From the human T2T-CHM13v2.0 reference genome, Homo sapiens, in NCBI RefSeq assembly GCF_009914755.1, contig NC_060926.1: 64,000 nucleotides of DNA; one strand, given 5' to 3'. The stretch's first letter is position 1; the number at the start of each line of letters is the position of its first letter. The position numbers and the translations under genes are program-made. This document shows positions 26,653 through 40,000 of the stretch, in pieces. The notes below the pieces were generated by a model. The model was not told where the DNA came from. It ran no database searches and worked only from the letters and a program-made list of their open reading frames with translations.

Positions 26653-29596
26653 TTAATTAGATCTATGAAAGTAAACTAGAAATAGATCAGGAATAGAAAA
26701 TGGATTTGGCTACCATTGAAACTGTGGCTGATTTAGTAAGATTGCACACAGAATTCTGTTGGATGCATGCTAATTTTTTTTCAGTATTGTGATTTTACTT
26801 TGAACGTGAATTCTCAAATGATATGTATACTCACATTAATACACGTATGACCCTCTTTGGCAATTGTGTTAAATATTACTAATTCTTCATTAACCATTGA
26901 ATGAAATTCTAGTCACCTAACTGGTATTTAAGATTTTCCATAAATTTAGAGATCCGCTACAATATCCCTTCACACTTGATCCAAAGTTATTTTTTCTGGA
27001 AAATGTTTTAAAAATAATCAAAACATAGTTTAAATATCATCCACCATTCAACTTACCCACAACTTTTCCTATATTTTTAATTCATTCCTTTGACCTTACC
27101 AAGAATACTTTGAAAGTATTTGACAAAATTAATATCCACCATTATCCTCAACTATTGCCTAAAGGATTTCATTCTTTCAGAAAAGTTCTGAATCAGTTAC
27201 TCAATTTACATTTCCCTAAAATTTATATGCAAGGATTTATTATGTTTCTATTTGCAAAGTTGTTTTATTCTTATGTTCCAGTATATGGATCTTAATTCTC
27301 CATTAGATGATAAACCAGCTCATGGAGACCTCAAATTTTGTTTTTATCATTTCTGGCTGGGCAGGCCAGATGTAGTTCTTCTATCGCATAAAAAGTATTA
27401 CAGAGATTTGTACATGTAAGCCTAGATTAGCTTACTGTAACCCAGCTGAGTAGACAGTATAATAAAATTAAGAGGCAAAATTTTTAAAAGATGTTAGACT
27501 GAATATATCTTAAAACCAGAATTTTAAAAATATAATTTCTAATCTTAGTATTTGCCTCTGCGTGTTTAACAGTTGATATCTCACATTCGTAAACCACTTT
27601 GGGGGAACTAAAAAAAGCTTTATGTGTAATTGAATGTTTACTTTGCAGCCTTCTACAGAATTAAGGAATCTGTGTTTTATAAGCTTATGTCAAAACATTT
27701 GGAGTATTTCTAACTAAAATGTGAGTACATACATAAATGTTTCCATTGCCTTTACATATTAAGTTTAAAAATTGTAGTTAAAACAAAAAAAATCCATTTG
27801 AAAATCAAATACTAGAGAAAGTTTTTAAAGACAGTTTTCGCAAGCCACAGCACTCTGACTCATAAGGCTTGGATAGTATTTTTACTTCCCAGACATAGCT
27901 AGACTAGTGGTTGCATAAATACTATTCATTCACACTATCAGAGCCTCCTTTTACCTCATGATTATACCATCATATTCCCCAATGACTAGTATTTTGGTAC
28001 CAATTGTTATAAATTTCAGGGTTGTCTAGTATAAAATTAGCCCTCTTCCAGTATCAAAATATTTCACATGCCATCTTAGAATAATTAACTTACCCCAGAA
28101 AAGCTAAAGAGAAAGGGAGAAGGCAGTTGTTTTAAATGACCTTAAGACTTTTCTACATATTGCTATTCAGACTTCCAGTGATAAAACAAGAAACTGCTAT
28201 AGGCCTTTAGACTTAAGAGTCACCCAGTCCACTCACTCTTCATCTTGCTAAGCAATGCAGGTCACACCTGAGATTCAACAGCTAAGTGTACAGCCTTGGC
28301 TGTGCCCACTCAACACGGAGTGAAGCAGCCAGCATGCAGTAAAAAAAAAAAAAAAAAAAAAGCCACTGGAGTTCATTCTGTTGTACTTTCTCATCCTTAT
28401 CGTCTTATTTTTTTCTCTTTGTCAATCTGTTTGAGAACTCTTTGGTGTCTATTATCTCTCACTTTCCTACCCATCCTTCAAAGCGGCTCCCCTTCTCATC
28501 ACCACTGTGGAAAACTCTTTCATTTCATCCTACCCTTGCTCGGACCCAGTGAACTTACACCCAATCTATACTTCCTGTCCCCCTAAGGGCCCAAAGGGGA
28601 TAGTCTACTTATGCTTCCTGGTGTGTCTCCACTAAAGAGCCTGGTTACTCCTCCCTTTCTCATAAAAGAGGTCTGACAAAAGCCTGCAATTTCATTTAGT
28701 TCCATATTATCCTGGCATCTTGACATTATTGTTTGACTTTGCTGTGGCCAGTATCTCCAGCTTTCAGCCCAATAATTTAGCTGAGGTAATGAATTAAATA
28801 TTTAGTGTTTCAGTTATATGTTTAGATTGGGCTCCTCAATAATGTTAATGCCCACTATTTCTCTTATCCTGAATGGTGACAGACTGCAAACTGCCTTGCT
28901 GGGACTTCTATTTTCTGTTTTATTCTGTTCTCTGCCTTTTGCCGATGTCACCCTGTTTTCAGCCTCAACATTAAATAAATAGCCAAATACACAAGTGCCA
29001 AGAATTGTTGACAATATAACTCTAGAAGCATATGGTGCTAAGCTAGTAGAAAAACAATTCTTAGCTCAGTAAGTATTCTTCATTTGAAATTGTGCACTAT
29101 TTCTTCTCCTTCTACTTGAAAAGTCAGCAAACTTGAGGACCAAGTGTCGCCTGGGGATCTAACTTGCATAAAACATTGTGTTGGCTCTGAAGCACTGAGA
29201 TTCCATAGCAAGGCCAGCAATACATAAACTCCTCTGGTACTCCTACATTATTTATCCCTGAACAGCTAGGGGGCTTTTTGCAAAGACGTCCCTAACTACG
29301 GCAAGCATTCACTCTATTTAATGTTTATTTAATTAACAGTGCACAAACACCAATTCTGTGAGTGCAGTGGAGTCTGTGCACATCTTTAGTTTTATTTTCT
29401 CAATTGATTTGGAAAGGCAGTAGCAGAATGGTGCCAGACATTTCTTCCCACCCAGTTATCCCTTAACACCCAAGAATCTCTCTATCTAAAAAGGCATTGG
29501 TTAAAATAGGGTAAAACTGATATGGGGACAAGACAGAAGAAAGGAATATCTGGGGGAAAAAGTTGGCAGAGAGAAGCTCTGTTGTCATTGTTAGAC

Positions 29597-29766
29597 TTTT
29601 TTTTTTTTTTTTTTTTTTTGAGACAGGGTCTCACTCTGTTGCCCAGGCTGTCTTGCAGTGGCAGGATCTTGGTTCACTGCAGCCTCCATCTCCGGGGTTC
29701 AAGTGATCCTCCCACCTCAGCCTCCTGAGTAGTGGGGTCTACAGGGGCATGCCACCATGCCCAGCT

Positions 29767-29801
<35 letters not shown>

Positions 29802-29915
29802 TAGAGATGGGGTTTTGCCATTTTTCCCAGGCTGGTCTCGAACTCCTGTGCTCAAGCCATCCACCTGCCTAGCCTCCCTAAGTGTTTGGACTACAGGCGT
29901 GAGTCATGGTGCCCT
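29597..29915 (-). mobile_element. AluJ with an expanded middle T run
   Basis: gagacagggtctcactctgttgcccagg...caagtgatcctcccacctcagcctcc...(T)~32...gctcaagccatccacc. Confidence 0.92.
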
Positions 29916-31288
29916 GTCTTTACACTTTCAAAAGAAGAATTACAATATTATTGTGAAATAATTGAATTTCTTCATTATATAAAATGTGAAGATTTAATCC
30001 AGCATCATTTAAGAGTTAGATAGGATGATCTGTAAGGTCACTGTTATTCTAAAATTCTATGTTCAGAATTACCTAGACTAGATTGCCTCTAAGTAGCACT
30101 CAGAATGAGACATCAACTGTGGATTTTTATATCCTAAAGCACACAGGATAAAACTCAGAGATATAAAATGAAGCACTCACAAACTACTATCTACCACAGT
30201 ACATAACTCTAAAAATCTCTGTAAACATATGAGAAAGGAAAGAAGCATCTTCTCAGCAGAATTGAATAAATTGAGGATGTATGTATTGAAAATCTACTTT
30301 AGGGTATAAGACTTCTCAGAAATAAAATCAAATCCAATAAAATCAAATTTTGTTAGTTTGAGAAACATTGTAAAGTTTTGTTTTGCTGTCATTATCTGAA
30401 GCCTACCATTAACCCTCCGTGAAGAAACTGGCTTTCTAAACTGAGGTAACATAAAGTTTCTTCATATTTGCAATTGTGGGGAGTTGGAATCCTTATTTTT
30501 CTCAAGCCTGTGGTCCCTTTTCTGTGATTTATCCTTCTTTCTCCATCTTTCCATTTCTAAGATTGGCCTAATAATCACTGTAATATCAGATGACTAAGTT
30601 GTGGATGCACACTTTTTATTGAATTACCTTTTGTGCAGACTTTGTGTTAAATTTTGCATTTATTAATGAACAATATGTTATTAGTAAACTTATTTAAAGG
30701 TTCTATTTTATTATTCCATTCATCACCAGGGGGCAGCACAATTCCCAAAGAGTATTTTCTTTTTTTTTTTTATTCAGAGTGAAAAAGTACAATGGCATAA
30801 TTGGTACCGATTTCTATTGCAGCTAGAGGCATACACAGGATTATTCTACTTTTTTATGCAATGAATATAGACTAAAAACTAGCTGGATTCAGAAAATTGT
30901 ATCTACAAAGAGGAATATACTTATTAGCAGATACCTCGCATAATTCAAAAAAGAAGGAAAAAGTATCATTAAGTTTGTGTGTTTGTGTATTATCTCTGAG
31001 GTACAAGAAAAATAAAATTATTGTTTTCTGAATTCCTTTATGGCACAGAAAAACATATAGGATGGCATTATTTCCCTTTACTATCTTGGGAAAGAAACAT
31101 AAGTAATACAAAGCCCTAGGTACTTTCAAAGAGCTGAGGATGAAAGAGATGGGAGAAATGTGGAGAGATGGAGATAAAGGGATATTTCAAAGATGAGAAA
31201 GACATGGTTGGTTTCCTGAAAGACTTAATACATCAAAGATACCACAGTTTAAGAATAGTAAATAAACAATTATATTTTATTTTAAAAT

Positions 31289-31793
31289 AAAGGACTATAA
31301 ATCATGCTGCTATAAAGACACATGCACACGTATGTTTATTGCGGCATTATTCACAATAGCAAAGACTTGGAACCAACCCAAATGTCCAACAATGATAGAC
31401 TGGATTAAGAAAATGTGGCACATATACACCATGGAATACTATGCAGCCATAAAAAATGATGAGTTCATGTCCTTTGTAGGGACATGGATGAAATTGGAAA
31501 CCATCATTCTCAGTAAACTATCGCAAGAACAAAAAACCAAACACCGCATATTCTCACTCATAGGTGGGAATTGAACAATGAGATCACATGGACACAGGAA
31601 GGGGAACATCACACTCTGGGGACTGTTGTGGGGTGGGGGGAGGGGGGAGGGATAGCATTGGGAGATATACCTAATGCTAGATGACGAGTTAGTGGGTGCA
31701 GCACACCAGCATGGCACATGTATACATATGTAACTAACCTGCACAATGTGCACATGTACCCTAAAACTTAAAATATAATAATTAAAAAAAAAA
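31289..31793 (+). mobile_element. Young L1 3' end (L1PA2-like), 5'-truncated, ~0.5 kb
   Basis: Near-consensus ORF2 C-terminus (MFIAALFTIAKTWNQPKCPTMIDWIKKMWHIYTMEYYAAIKNDEFMSFVGTWMKLETIILSKLSQEQKTKHRIFSLIGGN*). The 3'UTR has ctagatgacGAGttagtggg (GAG rather than the L1HS-Ta ACA) and a G-rich tract at 31618-31650. Confidence 0.95.
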
Positions 31794-32504
31794 TTTTAAA
31801 AAATTTGATTTTCTAAATTCACATACATGAGATTTGGAAAAGTAATTTATGATGAATTTATCTTTCATGACATTCCTGTTTATAAGCCTCCAATTGCTGC
31901 CTGGAGTATCACCTTTAAAAGTTCACATACAGTGACACAGAACTTTCAAACTATAGTGCTCGTCACATGTACTCTTTTTTAAAAAATGTGTTGGTTTTTA
32001 TAGATCCATAAAATAAAATGGGTTATAAAGAGTTAAAAGTTGTAGTAAATTGAACATGAAAATAAACAACTTATGAAATCGGATAATATTTGAAGGCAAC
32101 AAGTCTACAATATTACCAAATAAAAAAGTATTTTGCTAACTTACAGGAAGGTAGAAATAGAAACAGCGGCACAGTAGCATATGCAGTTAAAATGTTTCAA
32201 ATATGGTCTTATTTTTAATGTGAAAAATGCTCTTATTTAGAAAAATAAAACATGTACATATGCATACATACAACCCTTCCATTAGCCCTGTTTCTCCATT
32301 AAATAATGTCTTTCTTTTTTCATCCTCAAACTGAATTCATTCATTCTTTCTTTTTCATTCACTAAGCATTGCTTTCTGAACTGATTATGCACCTGCCCTT
32401 AAGATTTCTCTATTTTGTGGAGTAGACCGACATGGCAACAAATGATTCTAACAAAATTGAAATTTGTGTTTTAAGACAATACAAAGTGTCATGGGAATAA
32501 GAAC

Positions 32505-32632
32505 ATGCAAGTCATAGACTATAAACCCCTTGAGGACAGGGACCATGTTTATCTCATCAGGAACACTTAACTCCAGTATCTAAAGGAATCCTAGGCAAGC
32601 AGCAGGCACTCAACAGATATTTGTTCATTTAT
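32505..32632 (+). mobile_element. L2 3'-end fragment
   Basis: agactataaaccccttgaggacagggaccatgt...gcaggcactcaacagatatttgtt. Confidence 0.65.
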
Positions 32633-32683
32633 AAAATACCCATTTTTCCAGAATCAGAGTGGAAGACGAAACTTGCAAAACCG

Positions 32684-33130
32684 GGTATTCATTTCCTAAG
32701 GTTATTGTAATAAAGTGCCATAAACTGGTGGCTTAGAAAAGCAGAAATTTACCCTCTCACAGTTCTGGGGGCAAGAAATCCTCCAAAATTAAAGTGCTGG
32801 AGACCATGCTGCCTCTGAAGCCTCTAAGGGAGGATCTTTCTTTGCCTCTCCCAGTTTCTAGTAGCCCCAGGCATTCCTTGGCTTTTGGCAAGATAACTCC
32901 ACTTTCTACCTCCATCTGCACATGGTGTTCTCCCTGCATCTCTGTCTTCACATGACTCTCTTCCTATAAGGACACCAGTCATATTGGATTAGGAGTTTAC
33001 CTACTTCAGAATAATTTCATTTTCCCTAATTACATGTACAACAACTTATTTCCAAATAAGGTCACAATCTACAATACTAGAGGTTAGAACTTCAGCATAT
33101 CTTTTACAGGCACACATTCGACCTCTAACA
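32684..33130 (-). mobile_element. MLT1C-like MaLR LTR
   Basis: ctctcacagttctgg...ccccaggcattccttggctt...cttcctataaggacaccagtcatattggattagg...tttccaaataaggtcaca. Confidence 0.85.
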
Positions 33131-34221
33131 ACTAATAACATGAATGTTTTCTTCTACTCTTTTTTCCCTCGATCCTCCTTTGCCTTACTTCCTTCCCCCA
33201 AGATGAGATAATTTTGAGAATCCAATGGGTTAAGAAACAGTGTGCTGAGGAACACAGGCTGCAGTTTAGACTCTCACCTTTTAAGATTATCCATTATTTT
33301 GCCAGACTCATTCTTCTTGTGCTTGGTTTGGCTGTGCAAAATTCCTACAAATTACTCTCATTTATAAGAACTGCTTACATTCATGCCTAATTATCATGCA
33401 GTAGAATAACAATTATGCATATCATTAAATTCATGTGAGATAACCTTCAATGTAAGTTTCATTTGATTATGGCACTAAACTCTGTTCATGCATGCTTGGC
33501 CTTCATAGCAGGTTGCTCAAGAAGAATGGTTGCCTCTGCCACTTAAAACATAATGACAGTAATACTGGCCATAACCCTAACCTTCTCCAACAGAAATATT
33601 GGTTCCATAACTCGGTACCCACCTTGCAAAAGGTTACTGCAATCAAGTCTATGTTAAATACAATCAATATTTCATATATTAAATATGAATGAAAATGGAA
33701 TATTTTATTTAACATAATTAAGCTTTCTAATTTGCTTAAATAAATGCATCTGTCTGCATCTTTTCCCCTCACTAAAAATATACATAGGTTAAGAGTATAA
33801 AACATGTGATATTATTTTTTAACAAATATGTTCTAATCTCTTTGTTAAGCATTTTAGCTGTAGAATTAAATATATATATTTAATATATACATTATAGGGG
33901 TTTAATATATATATCATAGGCATATAGCAATATATAAGTGCTTTGTGTTCTGCTTTCACACATTTTTGGAGTTACTTTTATTCATTTTTAAAGCATATAA
34001 TGTGACAATATTATATCAAACCATCAATGTTACTGTATTTATCATCTAATAGGTACAAAAATACCTTGTCATGCACTCCATATATATAAAACCTCAATTA
34101 AACTCCCCCAAGATTTGAGTGGGAATTTTAAAATTATATCTAATTTTTAATTATAAAAATAATAAATATACATTTCAGAAAATTTTGGAAATACAATAAA
34201 GTAAAAATAAAAATGGTCCAT

Positions 34222-34477
34222 GGCTGGGCATGGTGGCTCGCGCCTGTAATCCCAGCACTTTGGGAGGCCGAGGCAGGTTGATCACTTGAGGTCAGGAGTT
34301 CGAGATCAGCCTGGACAACATGGAGAAACCCTGTCTCTACTAAAAATACAAAAACCAGCTGGGCATGGTGGCACATGCTGGTAATCCCAGCTACTCAAGA
34401 GGCTGAGGCACGAGAATCGTTTGAACCTGGGAGACGGAGGTTGCAGTGAGCTGAGATTGCACCACTGCACTCCAGCT
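34222..34477 (+). mobile_element. Alu (S-like) lacking its last ~27 nt
   Basis: Normal Alu up to ccactgcactccagc, then aaaaaatattttt with no ctgggcgacagagcgagactcc. Confidence 0.92.
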
Positions 34478-34769
34478 AAAAAATATTTTTTTAAGATGGG
34501 CCATAATCACATCCAAAATTGCCACATTTCACATTTCATAAGAATACTAGTGTTACTAGTTTTGCAAGTCCCAAGTTCCACTCTTTATTCTAGGCAATCA
34601 TGATCAGTTCATTCAATTATATCTAATTGGGATTCTATTTTACAAAATATTTTGTAGCATAAGTTTTACTTCATCACATTTTCTTTTATAGATAAGCATA
34701 TTTAATAGATCATAAGGCTCTATTGTTTTTTTAAATATTTAAATCTGTTTAGAATTCTCAGTTTTTATA

Positions 34770-35010
34770 AAACATAGTTAAGAGTTCTGGCTCTAGAATC
34801 AGAGTTCCTGTGGTCAAATCGGTCTCCATCATCTATTACTTTTGTGATCTTCGGCTAATTATTTTACTCCTATTTGGTTTCCTTTATAAAAGGGAGTTAT
34901 TAATAATGTCTTCCAGAATTACTGTGATAATTAAATAAAATATTCTACATAAAGTAGTTGGGCATATTTAATGCCTAGCACATCCCAGGACTCTAATGAA
35001 TATTAGCTGT
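34770..35010 (+). mobile_element. MIR
   Basis: catagttaagagttctggctctagaatcaga...tgtgatcttcggc...tgtgataattaaataa. Confidence 0.65.
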
Positions 35011-35039
35011 CAATAATCAGGTTTGCAGAATGTATTATT

Positions 35040-35460
35040 TTCTGCTGCCCTCATTTGTTGACTCTCCTCATCTTCCTCTTTCTCTTTGGACTTTCCTTCT
35101 ACAATTCTTCTTTGCGACTCTACCATAGTCAGCCATTTAAATATTTGCTTGTAGAACTTAGTCCCATTTCTCTTAATCTAAATTTTCTCCCTGGACATTC
35201 TCACCTACTCCACTGACTTTCATTACTTTCTTCATACTGATGATCCCCATATTTCTATCTTCAGCCCACATCATTCTTTCTGAGCTTTTCACCCATACAT
35301 CTAACTGCCTATTGAATATCTCCACTCATAAGTTTAAAGGCCCTTCAAGTCCAACAGGTTCAAAATTAAAGTCATCCTTTTCCCAGAAGGAGCTTCTCCA
35401 CTTGTGCTTCCTCATTCAGTGAATGACCACCAATAGCACTTAGCTACTCCAGGAAGAATG
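35040..35460 (+). mobile_element. L2 fragment
   Basis: catacatctaactgcctattgaatatctccact...cctcattcagtgaatgaccacc. Confidence 0.65.
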
Positions 35461-35461
35461 C

Positions 35462-35755
35462 TGAGTTATGACATGATCTGGTCAACAGAATGTACATAGA
35501 AGTAAGAGTGTGTAGTTCTAAGCCTAGGCATTAAGAGGCATCACATGTTCCACAGTTTCCACATTTTACTGCTGCTAATCTCACGGGAACAGGTCCCAGC
35601 AAAGGTAAGAGACACTTAAGGAAAATGGGCAATTTGCCCTGACTGGAGAAGCCAATCTACAGACATATGACAAAGAATAAAATCATTGTCTGAAGTTACT
35701 GAATTTTGGGATTGTTTGTTATGCAGCATTACTGTGGATAATGTTAACTGATAGG
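35462..35755 (+). mobile_element. Old MLT1-family LTR fragment
   Basis: ggtcaacagaatgt...aagcctaggcattaagagg...ctgaattttgggattgtttgttatgcagcatt...taactgata. Confidence 0.6.
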
Positions 35756-36222
35756 GGAACCTACTAAAAATCTTAAGCTTCATCGTCATTTGCATCTTCT
35801 CTATAAATATGGCATTTCAAAAAATAAATCTTGGCAAAATACCAATTTTTTCTCATCCAGGTTCCCTGTACTTTAAACCCATATTAACTTTCCATAGCCA
35901 AAAGTCCTTCTGCCCAAAGGTAAAGGAGTTGTTTCACAAAGTGAGTAAGAACACAAGACTGACAATAGGACAAAGTTCTCTACTCCTGCAAGCTTGCCAA
36001 ACAGAATGCCCAGAAACATCCTTCAGTGGCTACTTACTGACTTTAAATAAACTCCATATTCTCTGAAACACAGAACATACACAATCATATGTAAATAATT
36101 GTGTCTAAGTAGGACACTTAGACACATTCTGAGACAGAGTACAATAAATCTCATGGAAAGGAAAATACAGTGTGTTATAGCCAACACCGCATATTGTTGT
36201 TTTATTTCTCTTAAATTCAACC

Positions 36223-36302
36223 ATAGGTTATTACAAAAGTAATTGCGTTTTTTGTCATTGAAAGTGATGGCAAAAACTGCAATTACTTTTGCGCTAACCT
36301 AA
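36223..36302. mobile_element. MADE1 (Hsmar1-derived 80-bp palindromic MITE)
   Basis: taggttattacaaaagtaattgcgttttttgtcatt-gaaagt-gatggcaaaaactgcaattacttttgcgctaaccta: two ~37-bp terminal inverted repeats around a 6-bp spacer, followed by TA. Confidence 0.92.
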
Positions 36303-38039
36303 TATTATAATTTGCACGCATGAATATGCTACAACCATGTGACACAGAGCTTTTATGCCTTCTACCATATATTTTGTGGCACTTTCTAGTTCCAGTGAAG
36401 TTTCATTCTAACATCATATAGGAATTAGAATGTGCGAATGTTATATATGAAACCTCACAGACTATTCTATCCCAGTAAAAATGCTGTTCTATCCCAGTTT
36501 TTTAAAAAAGGCAGATTATGAAACTGTAACTATTAACCTCATAGCAAGAGGTTAAGTACGTATGGAAAATGGTTCACTTTAAAACACAGTCATTTGATAT
36601 TTAAGAATTATCAGTGACCTATTGCTTCAAATATCTAACAATACCTCGTATATGCCCCCTACCCCATACAACAGCTAGAAAGGAATCTCTTTATGATATT
36701 ATTTCTAGAACAATGACTGGCATTTATTAAGCCCAGAAAAACATTGATGGGCAAATGAATGAATGAATTCTTTCAGCAACTGCAATTCTACTAAGAGTTG
36801 TCTCCTCTGTCTTTACACCAAGTTAAAAGGGAAATAACTTGTGTACAGAGAAGGAAGAAAATGATTCACATGGCTTAAAGGATATACACATATTTTAAGC
36901 TAAACAACAAACTTTGACCATGCCAGCCCTGCCTTAATATACAAGGAAATTATTGATTTTTCTATAAATTAAGGAAGCTGGGGATTTTATCTACAAATGG
37001 CACACACACACTGGGGAGGTGTCCTTTGGAATAAAATTTATTTTGATAAAAACATATGTGCATAGTTTTCTGTAAATATTACTCACTTGAATCTATGTAT
37101 CACAGTATTTAATATGCTAGGAGTTTAAAAACTGACATGTTAAAATAGCACAAAGACATGTCTAGGCTAGTTACTGTTGAGTGGCACTTAGTGTGGATTT
37201 ACTCACTGCAAACCGTCCTTGATATGCCGCCTGTCTCTTCCCTGCAAGTGGCAGTGAAGGTCAGTGAATCTAATTGACAATAATGAGCCTGCTCTGCAAT
37301 GTGTTATAATATTGTGCCTTTATTTCTTTTTTTAAAAGGTATCAACCAATCAAAAAGCCTGTTCAATGACATCAGGGAAACCCCAGGAGAGCTGGGGAGA
37401 GTTAAAAAACAGTACTCTCTTATTTTTCTTTTCCAATAATGAAGACAGCAGAGGTTATGAACCTGTTCAATATGCATTAAAACAAAACACAGCCTGATAG
37501 GAATGTTTTAATTAATAACAATTATCTTCTGCAGAATTGTGATTCAAGCCAGGTCTCTGAGCATGAAGGAGAAACTTGACACTGGTGCTTCTTTGTGGAC
37601 AGAGAGATTTTAAGCAAAGTTAATGGAAACTCAGCGGATGAATGGTGCCGCAATTCAAATGTACTGTAAAATTACTGAAATGATTTCAATGTCACAGGAC
37701 TACACTGCATTACATTTATGATTATTACCACTTGCTACGCTTTAGTGATATTTTGTCAAATGTTTTATTTAAAGCTTGTCTTAAGAAAAAAGTCTGTCTT
37801 TCAGAGAAAAATGTTGATGCGACAAATAATAACTCATAATTATTTACCCACACAAAATATTCTATGCACATTTTAAATACTGTATGTATAACATATATTT
37901 ATTTAAATAATAATTATTATAAAAAAGTTCAAAAGTTGGAATGTTGACACAAGGATAATGATCTAATAGTCATATCCCACCCCAATGTCTTTGCAAATCT
38001 TATTCTATATTCTAAGCTTTTATTTCTCAAAAGATGATT

Positions 38040-38205
38040 CTAGAACAAGATTTATGAGAATCACATTTCAGGTATATGTTTAAAATATATATTCTCTGGC
38101 CCCGCCCCAGACCTTCTGAGTCAGCATCTTCTGGGGGTGGAGGCGGCACCCATAATTCTGCATTTTAACAAGTTCTCCAAATAATTATCATGCATACTGT
38201 AACCC
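38040..38205. mobile_element. MER5A-like hAT MITE
   Basis: gccccgccccagaccttctgagtcagcatct...ctgcattttaacaagttctcca. Confidence 0.7.
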
Positions 38206-38212
38206 AAGAAGC

Positions 38213-38696
38213 GAGAGGTTCTTAAACGGCGACCACAGAATTCAGGGGTCCGTGAGCTTGAGATGGGAAAAAAATACACCTTCATTTTCACTGAACTCTG
38301 ATTGAAATTTATCATTCCCATCAGTTATGAATGTAGCTGACAAATCAGAGTAGTTTTAGATATCTGTGTGTCATCAATAAATAATCACAGATATTTTCCT
38401 ATATTACAGTTGAAGATATTGCAAAATATTATTGACATTGATGGCTACTTTGAAATTATATTAGTTATTAAATTTCCTGCTAGAGCTTTTAATTAATTAT
38501 AAAAAGAACACATATATTACAATATCAGAAAAAAATTTTAATGATATTTCAACAAATGTGTTTCAATATAACTGGCTTCCTTTGTAATCTCATGCATTTT
38601 ATTTGATGTATTTTTAAATATGTTTCTGGATGGGGCCCACAGGCTTCACCAGACAAGCATAAGGGTCTGTGACACACACAAAGTCAAGAACCCCTG
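38213..38696. mobile_element. hAT-Charlie non-autonomous element (Charlie4a-like)
   Basis: Inverted ends gagaggttcttaa / tcaagaacccctg. Internal ttcaggggtccgtga and aggcttcaccagac. Confidence 0.65.
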
Positions 38697-39329
38697 TCTC
38701 AGCTCTCCTGGGTCTTGTACTCATTCAGAGGGAGAAGGAAAGAGTAGAAAGAGCTAAATGAAAGCTGTGTCTCTGAATCAAATAAACCTTCCCTGACATT
38801 TCCTCTGAAAGGACATATATGTGGGAGCGTAAAGAAAAGTGGCTTATAAAATTCCAATGTGTTTAAAAGTGGGGGAAAAAAAGGAAAGGAAAGCAGGAAC
38901 AGAAACACCTGTCAGTCATGAATGACTTATTGACCCAGTTCATCAGCAGGGGAGCTGAATTTGATCAGTTCTGCCATGATTAGTGTCACTACAGTCAAGT
39001 GTAATTTCTGTATAAATAGAAGTGGTGGATAGGAAAATAATTCGGTTCATCCCTCCAAATTGTATCAGTCAGCACAGACATCAAAAATTGTCAGCCCGAG
39101 GCGGGGAAGCACGCATACCCAACCAAGCCTATAATTGTATTCAGTATTCAAATATTTTAAACCACAATATGATCTTCAACATAAGACAAGGAAAAATCAC
39201 TGTTGATTGTGCATCCTTCTGAACTGTTGAAACAGCATTTCTGTATTTTTCATTGTCTTTTTTGGTAAAAGTGAGCAAATATAAGTTCTTGTATTTGTCA
39301 CTTTTTCAGTAACAGGATATTTTCCTTTC

Positions 39330-40000
39330 AAACTTGCCTGTCTTCTAGTTCCTTAGCTTAGTGTATGAACCTCCATCCAATCAGTTGTCCAAGACAGAGA
39401 CACACTGGCCTCCTTTCTCTCCTTCATCAAATAGATCACTAAGTCCTGTTGCTTCTATCTCCCTAATATCCGTGAAAGTAATTCACTTCCCGTAGGCCCA
39501 CTGCTACTAGGTTAGTTCAGACCATCATTATTTTAGCTAGAATTACAGGAATGGACTCCTAACTGGTCTCCTGTGCTTAAACCCTGTTTGTCTCCAAACT
39601 TTTCTCCATATGTTCATCAAAATAATTTATTAAATGCATGTCTTGATGTCATTCCCCTGCAAAAACATGTCTATGGAATTCCACAGCTCTTAGACTACAT
39701 ACCATACTTCTTAAAATGGCATATCAGACCTTCAGGACCTGGTTTACATCTCTGGCTTTAGCACTACCCCTCACACTACAGACTTCACATATACTGACGT
39801 TTTCCCCAGCATTTCTGGGCCATGGCACATGCTTTCCCTCTGACTAGAATGATCTATTTGCATGACTAACCTCAGCTGATGTCTCTTGTGGGATGTTATC
39901 CCTGGCACCTCTAAGTGGGGTGAGATGGCCTCTCTGAGTGTGGGCCTAGTATTCAATACTTACCCTTTTTATTGTATTTATTAGATCAGACTGTATTTGC
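39330..40000 (+). mobile_element. L2 fragment
   Basis: ccatccaatcagttgtccaag...gttcagaccatcatta...ctcctaactggtctcc...catgtcttgatgtcattcccctgc. Confidence 0.65.
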
